A stretch of 64,000 nt of DNA from Takakia lepidozioides (lineage: Eukaryota; Plantae; Bryophyta): contig CM060732.1 in the NCBI GenBank assembly GCA_030704615.1, forward strand, positions 27,032,001 through 27,096,000, in the 5' to 3' direction. Under the pieces are notes generated by a model. That model ran no database searches. It was not told the origin of the DNA and saw nothing but the letters and a program-made list of their open reading frames with translations. Shown one piece after another: positions 11,990 through 23,054 of this stretch (position 1 is the first letter of the stretch; every line of letters begins with the position of its first letter). The translations under genes were made by a program, and so were the position numbers.

Positions 11990-12101
11990 CTCCTGACAGT
12001 TTCTCCTTAGGGTGGATCCAGCAGTATTCTCGGTGCAGACATGAACGTTTGCACTAACAAGTGCCAGGACTGTTAGTTAAAATGGTCAGACAACCAAGTT
12101 G

Positions 12102-13981
12102 TGCTCATCAAGACATGCCGCAATTGTGTTGTTTCGGAACAATGCAACCCATGGCCTCAGGGTCCTCAGACACTTGATCTACAGTCATCCCTGTTGCAGG
12201 TCCAACCTGGCCTTCCGCTGCCAAGATACACAGAAATGCAGATGCATGCCATCCGGGCACCATCTCCTCGTCCGTCTCACCATGCCACCGAGCTCCAGTG
12301 TCATCCTGCTGGCTCGTGCATGGATTGCGACTCAACCCATCTGCATTGTGATTGACCAAACCAGGTCGATGCATCACCTGAAAGTCATACTCTTGAAGGA
12401 TGAGTGCCCACCGTGCAAGCTTCCCCGTAAGCTTGTCTGACTCCATCAACCACTTGAGTGGTTGGTGATCCGTGACAAGGGTGAAGAGATTGTCGTATAG
12501 ATAGCACCTGAAGTGTGCCACGGCCCACACTGCAACTAAGCATTCTCCCTCATATGAGCTATACTTAGACTCTGCAATGTTGTTCGAGCGGCTAGCATAA
12601 GCCACTATGAACTCTCTTCCCTCATCATCCACCTGTGTGAGCACCGCTCCAAGCCCCAGCATGCTCCAATCTGTATGCAGCTGAAAAGGACGCCCCTGAT
12701 AGGTCGTCTCAAGATGGGTGCCGAGGTCAACCTCGCCTTGAGCTCTTGAAAAGCTTGTTCTTGCTCATCTTCCCACTGCCACTCCTGGTCCACCTTGATC
12801 AGCTTGGTTAGAGCCTTTGCAATGGCACTAAATCCCTTAACAAACCGTCTATAATAGTTTGCTAACCCCATGAAAGCTTGAACTCGGCTCACATCCGTGG
12901 GGCGTGGAACCTGTGCAATGGACTCTACCTTAGTCTGCTGTACCCCCAATCCTCCAAGGATATATCATGTGACCCAGATACTCAATCTGGTTGTGGAAAA
13001 ACTTGCACTTTCCCGGATGTAACTTCAATCCGTGCGCCCTCAAGCGCTCAAATACCCCCTGAAGGTGTCTCTCATGCTCTTCCACCGTAGCACTAAAGAT
13101 GATGATGTCATCTATGTAGCACCGAGCAAACTCCACCCCTGCTAGAATCCTGTCCATGACTCTCTGAAACTCTGCCGGAGCGTTCTTAAGCCCAAATGGT
13201 AAGAATCGCCACTGGTATAGGCAATCCTTCCCGTGCTCATTGATCTCCCAGAATGCCGTCTTTTGCTTATCCGCCTCCTTGATCGGCAACTGGTGATATC
13301 CGGATCGTAAATCCAACGTGCTAAAGACCTTGGCATGCGCAATGGCATCAAAGATCTCCTCTGGTGTTGGCATGGCATACCTATCGGACTTGGTCTGACA
13401 ATTTACAGGCCGGTAATCACCGCACATACGTCTCTCCGTCCAATTGCCAAAGACATCCTTCTTGGCTGGCATCACTGTGGCTGAAGCATACTCTCCCCCA
13501 GATAGCTCCACCAAACCAGCCTCCCAAAGGTCCTGAGTTCTCATCTGAATCAAGGACCTCTCCATGTCACTGTATCTATAGGGTCTCCGAAAGATTGGCG
13601 TGTCAGTAGCCAATTCAATGCGAATCTCTTGACCCTTCAGTGCTCCTAAGTCCTTCAAACTGAAGGCAAAGCAGTTCCTGTAAGCCCTCAAGAACCGCCG
13701 TATACGTCGTCTCTCTCCTCCGGTGACTATAGGTCCAACATCAGGCTCCCAGTTGTCCTCCGTGACTGCAACCTTGAGTCCAGCAGGCTTAGAGGTAGAA
13801 GACGCGTCCCGTGGTTGTTATGCTGCAACCTCTTGAGCAGTGACCACTGCCTCCTCTGTCAGTGACAATGTCTCATCCTGCCCCATCATCCCATCCTTGA
13901 GGACCTCCTCAATCCGAGAAAAATCCCCAAGCTGATCCATCACCGCCGCCTTGGCTGCCAACTCCTTCTAAACCTCGAGCA
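12102..13981 (-). mobile_element. Gypsy RT and RNase H block, inverted relative to its gag and integrase
   Basis: RT motifs [27 protein letters not shown] and YIDD; RNase H motifs YASRS, YSSYEGECL, TDHQPL and NADGLSR; several frameshifts. Confidence 0.92.
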
Positions 13982-14034
13982 CCTCAAGAACCGCCGTATA
14001 CGTCGTCTCTCTCCTCCGGTGACTATAGGTCCAA

Positions 14035-15500
14035 ATGAGCAAGGTGGCGCCAAAGATATACATGAGGATTCAGTTGTGTTGGACTACCTCCGCACTGGAG
14101 ACACTGCAGCCACTGTGACTGCCAAGGAGAGGGATTGGATCCTACAACGAGCCAAGAGGTTCAAGTGGGAGGGGACACACCTGCTCCGAGTGTGGGAGGA
14201 TGGTCGAGTGAGGATTGTGCCTCACCCAACACAGCAGGCACGGTTAGTGCGGCATGCCCATGAGGAGTTGGGACATTTTGGGGTGCGACGCACTCATAGT
14301 CTACTGCAGGGGCAGTATTGGTGGCGTGGTATGCACACAGAGGTGCAACAATTTATGGCTAGGTGCATGGTGTGTGACAGGGTGCGTGCTTCATTCAACC
14401 CCCCTACTCCACAATTGCACCCTCTTCCGATCATGGGATTGGGCTACAGGTGGAGTCTTGACTTCGCAGGGCCGTTGCCACTGACCATGCGCCACAACAA
14501 GTACGTGTTGGTGATGGTGGAGCACTTTTCCAAGTGGATTGAATTGGTTCCATTGCCTGATAAGGCTAGTGAGGGAGCTGCGTATGCATTCTTGGATTGT
14601 GTGCTTAGCCGATTCGGTGCTCCAGCTGAGGTACTCACGGACCAAGGGAGAGAGTTCTTGGGGGAGTTTCAGGCTTTGTGTGACAAGACCTTGATAGACC
14701 ATCGCACCACTTCTCGGGATCATCCTGAGGCCGATGGCTTGGCAGAGAGAGTTGTTCAGACAGTAAAGAGGAGTTTGCGCAAGTATGGCTTGCAGAAGGG
14801 ACACCTAGGAGATTGGGACCTTCAATTACCCTGGTTAGCCATGGGCTACAGGTTCAGCAAGCAAGCATCACTTGCCTCCTTCTCACCATACTTTCTTCTC
14901 TTTGGCCGAGAGCCGGATTTGCCTACATCCATTCGCAGAGAAGCTGCTACAGTTCTTAACCTTGACGATCCGGACGTGTGGGTACGTGCATGTGAGCAGC
15001 GTGCAGAGTTGTTCAAGAAAGTCATGCCCATGGCTTTCGAGAACCTTGCCATTGCACAACATCGTGATATGTTGAGGTATACTACCATACGTGGTGGGGG
15101 CTATCGTCCTGAGGTTCGGAGATTCAACCCTGGTGACTATGTCTATCTGCAGCAGACTGCTCCTACGACATTGGATGTGACTGCATGACGTGTTATTTTG
15201 AGGGTTCGAGAGGTTTTGCCCTCAGGCGTCTTGGTCTTGGAGGGTCGGGATGGCATAACTTGGAAGGACCATGTGCGTAATTGTGCGCCATGTCACCTTC
15301 CAAATATCGATGGCAGGATTGACCCAAACCTGGCAGTGGTATCTGCAAGTTTGAGGTGCATGTTGTGTGGGTTTGCTAGAGGGGCAGCCACCATGCTGGT
15401 GTGTGATCGATGCTCTAGAGGTTGGCATATGGGATGCTTGACTCCACCTCTTGAGATGGTTCCTGATGGGGATTGGTTATGTCCGCATTGCATTGGATAG
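14035..15500 (+). mobile_element. Gypsy integrase with C-terminal PHD finger
   Basis: HHCC zinc finger (HEELGH..CMVC) and DDE core (SLDFAGP, LTDQGREF, GLAER). After one in-frame TGA at 15186 the same frame continues to CMLC..LVCDRCSRGWHMGCLTPPLEMVPDGDWLCPHC (C4HC3 PHD). Confidence 0.92.
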
Positions 15501-15760
15501 TGGGAGTGGATACAACCATGGGAGGCTAACAAGAAACGCAAGGCCAAGCTACTGGGAGACCTTGAACACACGATATCCTGGCTCAAGTTCACAGATTGCA
15601 AGACGACGACTAACGATGGGGCTACTCTTGTACCCGGCCTCTTGGTCTATAGAGTTTGAGTACAACAGGGACAGTGATAGGGGACTTAGTACGGCTGTGG
15701 CTATAACATCTTGTAGCTATCTGGAGTTAGAGGGACCTATCCACCAGCTAGGGGGGCGAT

Positions 15761-16285
15761 TGTGGTAGACTACTTTATTGTGCATATATGTGTGGTGTAG
15801 TTTGGACAACGATGTAGTTGTGTAGCAATACGTATGCGCACGACAGCTGTCAAGATAAATAAACACAATGTGAAACTAACTAGAATAAAACTAGTTATTT
15901 GTATTTAACACTTGGATTTAGTTCAAGTGTTAACTCAGGTGTCAAGTTTGAGCTTGACACCTGAACCATCTTATCTTCACGAGAGCATCAGTCGCGCAGC
16001 TCATCTCTCTCGAGTTGAGCCTACGCGACCGAGCTCCTTCATGCTTTAGAATCTGAGTGTGCTTATGTAGGGGTATAGGTTGTTGTGGGGTGGAGTCCCC
16101 ATAACTTGGGGTGCCCCTGGCTCGACTATTATATTAAAGAGTGATGTTGATGGATTTCATGTTTCTTGTGTGAACAATGTGTTTTGAGTTTTCTTATCAT
16201 TGTAGTAGACTACTTTATTGTGCATATATGTGTGGTGTAGTTTGGACAACGATGTAGTTGTGTAGCGATACGTATGCGCACGACA
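15761..16285 (+). repeat. Putative 3' LTR of the PHD-integrase gypsy element, bounded by 85-bp direct repeats
   Basis: Purine tract AGGGGGGCGAT immediately before TG at 15761; ends in CGACA at 16285; 15761-15845 and 16201-16285 differ at two positions. Confidence 0.7.
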
Positions 16286-18092
16286 CGCGATCCAAAGTTT
16301 ACTAGTAAATTTTGGAGAGCATTTTGGAAGAAAATGGGGACGAGGCTAAAGATGAATAAGGCCTTCCGACCTACAACGGATGGCCAAACAGAAATGGTGA
16401 ATTCGGTGGTGAAGCAGCTCTTGAGGAATTATATGTCGGCAGACCAGTCAGACTGGGGGGATCACTTGGATACGGCAGACTTCTATTATAATAAGGCAAA
16501 ACACTCTGCAAACGGGGATGTCCCCCTTCAAATTGATCTACGGGAAAGAACCCTTGATGCCTTCAAGTTAGGCAGCACAAGCGGTAATGGAGGGGGCCGA
16601 GGAAGATGGTGAAAATGTGTCAGCCGCAAGTTGCAATGGTGGTGTGGGAGGAACGCAAGTGGTTGATGGAGCTTGCCAAGTACAACATTGCCAAAGCTAG
16701 GAAATGTTATGAATTGCAGGCACACCGAAGCCGACGGGTTGTTAAGTTTGAAGTTGGAATGGAAGTGTGGTTGAACATTAAGAATTTTCGACTACCCCCA
16801 GACATGAGTCCGAAGTTTGTACCTCCGTATGCTGGACCCTTTCGCATTCAAGAGGTTATCGATGAGGATGTGTATAAATTGGAGCTGCCGGCGGAGAGCA
16901 AGGTGCATTCGGTCTTCCATGTTTCACTTTTGAAGCCGTATTTCGAAGATAAAGCGCGTCCGAATCGGCATCAAGTGTTGCGTCCGCCACCAGTGCTGTT
17001 GGGTCATGAAAATGAACCTGAGTACGAGGTGGAGGTAGCGCTTAAGGGAGGTTTAAGAATCGACAAATGGAGTATATCGTGAAATGAAAGATCTACCATC
17101 AAGTGGAGGCAACTTGGGTGCGTGCCTCATAAATGAAATTCGCATCAGCGGCGGTTGCAGCCTTCGAAGGCCGACCCCAAAAGAGGAAGAAGCGTTGATG
17201 GGGACATCAACCTTGGAGCATGGGGGAGGAGAACATGCTTAGTTTGGCTTAGCTAGCTCATGACTCCGATTGCAGATACTTGTGTTGTACAAATCTTGTT
17301 TATAAAAAATCCGTTTCCAAATGTGTTGTTTCATATTTTGCTTGGAATGGTGATGCATGGCAAGGTTGACTAGTATGTAGAATGCATGCTAGCTTACAAA
17401 AATAGGAAGAGGTAAATTGGCCAAGTCATGTGTTTGTGTAGTGCCGAAATCGGATGACTCCCATCTAAGGGGCAATGAAACTTGCATCTTCTTTGGGAGT
17501 TCACGTGCTAGTGCGCACCTGGCGCGTGCACGTACTATAACCGCGCTACCGAGGGGGTTGCCTTGTAGTGCGGGCTAACACGGAAGCTATGTGCTTCCCG
17601 TTCACATACTATAATTGTGTAACCTCAGGATGAAGTCTTAGTGCGGCTTCGGTGTGTTCCCGTACCTCAGACCAGCATCTCAAAGCAAGGCCAATTGTAG
17701 TGATTGGGGCGCATGGTTGGTTCAAGGTTATCTTCCTAGTCAAAAGGGGTTCAAGACAAACCCTTGCTGAGGGTGACGCCGACAAGCGGCATCATGAGCA
17801 GTCGCAAGCGATGTTGTTGCAGTAAGGCGATTTGATCATCGGGGAGGATTGTTCATTGGCCATGAAGTGGGCCAAGAAACATGCACTCAAGCTCCACCCT
17901 TGGCCGTGACTTAGGGGAAGTCGGCCAAACTAGCAAGTAGGGAGTAAGAGTCAAAGTAGGAGTTTAATTCTTTGCCATGGGACGCCATGGCATGGAAACA
18001 AACTCGTTGATGTGGGACGCCACAACTTGGATGTTAGTTTTCACAAAAACGGACAAGTCGACGAGGATGTCGACTCCCTGTTGGTAGGTGTG
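16286..18092 (+). mobile_element. Chromovirus-type gypsy 3' fragment (integrase end, GPY/F motif, chromodomain, 3' UTR up to PPT)
   Basis: RDPKFTSKFW, PTTDGQTE, YAGPFRI, VHSVFHVSLLK, EYEVE; 3' UTR clearly homologous to 32991-33885. Confidence 0.88.
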
Positions 18093-18094
18093 GA

Positions 18095-18669
18095 GGTTAG
18101 CTATTTCATGAGCGGCATAAGTGGAAAACCGGTTTTCACGAGCAGAAGTTCAAATTTTGGAATTAAAAAATATTAAAAAAATACTCTTTTTAATGGAATG
18201 TGTATGAGAAATAATGATATAATATTCATTGTGTGAAACTCAAATTGAAGTTTTTGGAGCCGCGCTCATGAAAATATTTCTCGCGCTCATGAAAATATTT
18301 CTTGCGCTCATGGAAAATGCGAGCGATATCAGGTAAAATGGTGCCGAATTTCACGGTAATAGGTGCCAATCCCCCAAAATGGTGCCACATTTCGCGGCTA
18401 TAAGTCCCTGCCATTCAAGTAAGTTGGCGCAGAAATTGAAAATGCGGCGCCGAATCCCGGGAGATGGTGCCTACAAATGCACATATATTTGGAACTTTTG
18501 GGCCACATTATTGGAAATTCGGCGCCATTTTTCTTGACATGTTTCCCGGAAATGCCAGGACTTACACAGTTTTTGGCCCGAAATCTGGAAATTCGGCGCC
18601 ATATTTCCAGAAATGGCCCCCACAACTGCTACTATTGGAACTCAGTTTTTTGGGAAGTGACGAGCCCTG
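18095..18669 (-). mobile_element. Probable terminal fragment of a hAT-like non-autonomous DNA transposon
   Basis: Right end reads CAGGGCTCGTCACTTCCC on the minus strand; three tandem GCGCTCATG(G)AAAAT units at about 18261-18319 and repeated GGCGCC/GGTGCC subterminal motifs. Second TIR not found. Confidence 0.4.
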
Positions 18670-21600
18670 AACGCGCGCGGTCAGGATGACGGCATATTAA
18701 TCTAGGGGGGTCGTGGTAAGTTGCGGTGTAGGTTGGGCTCACTGAACCGCCTACCCGACTGCGGTTAGTGCAGGGGGTCCGTGGTCGTACATGGTGACTA
18801 TGATCACTATCTAAGTCCTACCGGCAAAGAGAAATCACGTACTCCTCTTCACAGGGCGAGTTTGCGTTTCTAAGTCCTATGGTATCCTACAATCTACTCA
18901 GTAACTGCCTTCCAAGTCTTTGTGTTTTATTGTCTAATTCCTACCGCCTAGGCCCCCGAGCTGCCTATAGCCGGGACATGTTTTAATCCCTTCATAAGAC
19001 ACCTGCCGAGCCTAGGAAGAAGAGGGAAAATCTTCCTCTCCCAGTGCCCCTCCTTCACCGAGTGCTTAAGTTCAAGTCATCTTTGATGGAAGGGCCAACG
19101 CTTCCTACCCCAATGCCTAAAATACTTTGTCTTAGCAAATGAGTGGCCAAAATACCTATCATAATCCAATAGGTTCACCAAGTTCAATAAGGTGGTTCTA
19201 AGCCCCTCAACTCAATAAGCTCAATCAGTTTAATCAATGCCCTTCAGGCTATAACGTGCACCACGTGCATCTATCATATTTAAGCAATTTTACAAATCAG
19301 AAATGTTGGAAAATAAAAGAAATTAAGAAAATCAAGAAAAATACCTCCCCTATGGGAAATCTTGTGGGGAATCCAAAGATACCCTTGGCGCCTAAAGATG
19401 CCCTTGGGAACCCTGTGGGAATCCAATGAGAACCGAGGAACACCCGGGAACCATTCCCTGCCGCGGGGAACTGCTGCGGCCCTATCGGATGAATGAATCT
19501 CGTTGAGAGCTCATCCCTGCCACTACATTCGTTAGTCCAGAACATATATGCGTAAATAATAAAATAACCACTGGTGGGTCCAAGCCAGATTTCACCCATT
19601 TACATTATTTGAAGGCGCTGGTGCTCTTTCCCTCCGTAGAAAAATCATCCTCTACCTTGGGCTCTGACACAAAGGGGCATTGTAGCCGAGTTTTTAGGAC
19701 AGAGTACTTTCTCTCCTCCCTTGTCTCTCGAGGTCTCCGCCTCTAGCTCACTGCTCACAGACCCGCTTGGCTCTCTCTTGGAGTCATAAGAACGCTCCCT
19801 TCCAAGGCTACGTCCTCCCAAAATCCTAGATTTTATCTACCACTGGCGCCTTAGATAATGGCTCCTAACCCTTAGAGGGGTATAAATTGAATCTAATAGC
19901 TACAGATAAGAATACCCCCTTTAAGGAAATTTGCAGATGCATTGCCCGCTGGATAAAACGCCCCCGCCACGTGGCGGGGCGCAGATCCGCGCGTAGCGGT
20001 CCAAGCCGTGGACTGCTGCGGTTAACACCGGCGTCCGCCGGTCCGACTCAACTTTTGGTTATCCTGCGGGTAAAGACCCACCCTCTGCTCGCACGCTTCA
20101 GGGCCTCACACTGATGTACTTGTTCTCAGTACGACTTAAGGTCAGCGCTGGGGCCCCGCTCCCCGTACGTCGTGGCTGGGCCACGGCTGCCTCCACGCTT
20201 TTAGTAATCGAATGCCTACTCTCTAGGCGCAGCACCTGGGCTCCTCCCGGGCTGTTCGCGACCTTGGGGCAGCTGCTGTCAAGCGAAATCAGCCCGCCCA
20301 AACCCCAAGACAAAAAAATGACAACCCACCCTCCCCTAGGCCTCCATGGCTTGCTAGTGTGGGGGGGGGGGATTAGCACATAGTGGCCTTATAGTGGCCT
20401 TATATCATAGATCCAGCCTACTGGCCTACCTTTGTCAGAGCTGGCTATATTTCAAATTAGTAATCAAATACAAAGATTTCTTCTTCAAACAATTCAAATA
20501 CAAGCCTCTATTGGTACCCTTTCCAATAGACTATGGGGTTCTTCCCCTTGTCAATTCTAGACATGAAATAGTGGGATTCCACAATGCACTCTCATCTTTT
20601 GAAGAGCCTAAATCAGATTTTCAACTTCAAGCTTTGCTTGGAAAATAAATGAATCACATACATAAATGGTGAAATCGTAAGATGGGATCAACCTTTCTAT
20701 GCGAGAGTGCTTGGGATGTTCTATCGACTCAAGTAATGGTACTCTATGCGGCCTCCACTTGGGCTCTCGTCCATAGTCCACACTAGCCCCTCCTACTCGT
20801 TCTCAAGTCACTTTCCTCTACATGAAATTGCTCTCTTCCTTCACAAATGAAATGGCTCAAAGGCCCACAAGCTAGGCCACTTGCCTTAGCTCACAAGAAT
20901 TCTATCTAACTAGGGAGCTTCAAGCTCCACTCCTTAGGATCTAGCCTCCTCAAGCCTCAAACTAGCAACACTACAACAACAACAATAAACTAAGTAAGAG
21001 AAGAACTAGATGAAGAACACGGGAAGCCTTGCCCTTCTTTTATACTATTTTTGAGCCTAATAAACTAATGGAAAATATTCATTAAACTATTGTTTTCTTG
21101 GAGGATCTATAATATAATATTCAACATGGATGAAAAGTCTTAGAGGCAAATGAAAGTTGGCTTTTCATCCATCCAATTGGATGACCAGTTGGCGCAAGTT
21201 GTCATTTCATCCATCCAGCTCCTCAAGGCGAATTCCAGGATTTTTCATCCATCCAAGAAGTAGAAATGCAAATAATAGGTCCCGTAAGTGCCGTCGACTC
21301 AATAATTTGGCCCTGCTGCTAATCAGCTCCATAAATCACCAAACTTGGTGAAAAACTACAATTATATACCTTGTATCGGCCTGTAAATTCTCAGCTCCAT
21401 CGGTGGTTAAAAGTTGCGCTTCTCGCCATTCGTCGTATTTTCGCTACACATAGATTTTGTGGTATTTTTGGAAATCAAATCCCTGGTGATGGCTCTGAGG
21501 TCTTTGACCCTGCCACTGAGTCATAGGTTGTCCAGAGTCCCCTCCAATTGTCCCGCACCGCTAACAAGTCCATGCTTTGCCGTTTGAATTCGTCATGACC

Positions 21601-22023
21601 TGCTGTCATTCCGATGCGGCCAATTGCTTTGTTGCGATATTTCATCGCTGTACATGTCGCTTCCACCAATTGCCAAGCTCCTCGCTGTGTGTTCCTACTG
21701 GACTTGAAAGGCGGTAGAAAAGAGAGATCGCAATCTGCGACTAGAACAGTCGTCCTGTATTGTTTGAACATGATTAACTTCCCGTTTCTGGTACCGAATT
21801 GGCAGCCTAATCTGTTGTCGATGCAGCTTCCTACAGTCATCTTGACGCCAGAGTTCCACTCCATGGTCGTCGCAGACACTGTCTAATTTCCTACGTGCTT
21901 TACCAACGATTTCCAGACAAATAACAAACTAACTTGTTTTGGCAGTACAATGCCGAAACCGCTTGTCTTATGATAAAAAACGATCGGGAAAGAAAAGTGT
22001 ACCAATATATGCATCTACATACA

Positions 22024-22039
22024 TGGCGACCAATGGGGA
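22024..22039 (+). promoter_or_regulatory. Probable primer-binding site (tRNA-Arg-like) following an LTR end
   Basis: CA|TGGCGACCAATGGGGA resembles the TGGCGAC-type PBS of Tat/Ogre-like gypsy elements; flanking sequence is non-coding. Confidence 0.45.
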
Positions 22040-23054
22040 ACACTCGTCCTGAGTGTAAGAGAATCCAGGATCTCTGGTTCGTAAAATCCCCCTACTAGGG
22101 TATCCCTGATATCCCTTGGAGTCAACGACCCCTTTGAGTAAAGATAAGAATAATTCCCCTCAAGCTCTTCCTCCTCGGAGAGAGTTCGAGTCTTCCGGGA
22201 GAGAGGAGGAAATAAAAGCAAAAGCCAAAAAATGTTGCAAAACCACCCAGTTCGGAGAGAGTTGGAGTTCCCAGATAAAACAATACTTCAAAACCGCCAT
22301 TCTCCCCCACCGGACTGGGTTCCATTCCCCTAGATGATGTAAGAGAGATATGCGCGGTGCAAATTGATGATTCCACTCTAAAATAGCCTTGGAAGGACTT
22401 TGGTTCTACCCTACTTGTCATGGCTTGCAGGGACCTCTCATGGATGTGCACAGCTCATTGTAACATGTTGGGGCCTCGACTCGAGCTCGGACGGGCCTAA
22501 ATGCTCCTAAACATGATACTTCTGGGAGTCCTAATTATTGGCTCCCGTAACAACAGAAAAGATTGGATACCCGAGGACCCTACCCATGAAATAGACGCAC
22601 CATTTCTAACTACAATCTAACTTGGTTCATGACTCGCATGGACCTCTCATGGATTTCGCAAAGCTCATGATGAAATTCTTGACCTAAGAAACGATTGGAT
22701 CCATTCTGAACCTCAAAGGACCATACTCTGGAACAATGTATCATTCTATCTGAAGAGGTCACAGGCCCTTCTGGGTTTTCCTGTGCCTGACGCCCTTCAC
22801 TTATGTGAGGGGAGCAGCAACCACGGTCCATTGCTCTACAACTCACATTTTACCCCCTCACTGCTTCTGATTTTTCTCTCTCTACGAGGAATGCTGCAGT
22901 GGGGTAAGGTGAAAATGACAAAAGGTTTAAGGTTAGAATCCCCGTGCGGGAAGTCGCTGTGCTCCATGCAGGGAGCATCAGTATACTGCAGAATGCTTGA
23001 TACAACAAGCATTTATTTTTTCTCGAGATATGCTTGAGCAGACACAGATATACT

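Larger units (their letters stand above)
4855..12100 (-). mobile_element. Mutator-like DNA transposon (GCM-like/DDE/SWIM transposase plus methyltransferase-like cargo gene) inserted in the gypsy element
   Basis: Gypsy protease stops at about 4855 at a structured repeat-rich end, and gypsy sequence resumes at about 12101. Between them lie the transposase and MTase-like genes. No matching second terminus or TSD was found; the boundary near 12100 coincides with an inversion breakpoint. Confidence 0.7.

Noticed and set aside
18690-22020. Long non-coding block, probably LTR/UTR sequence, including ORF 21475-21879
   Set aside because: No paired LTR, TSD or protein motif to define boundaries.
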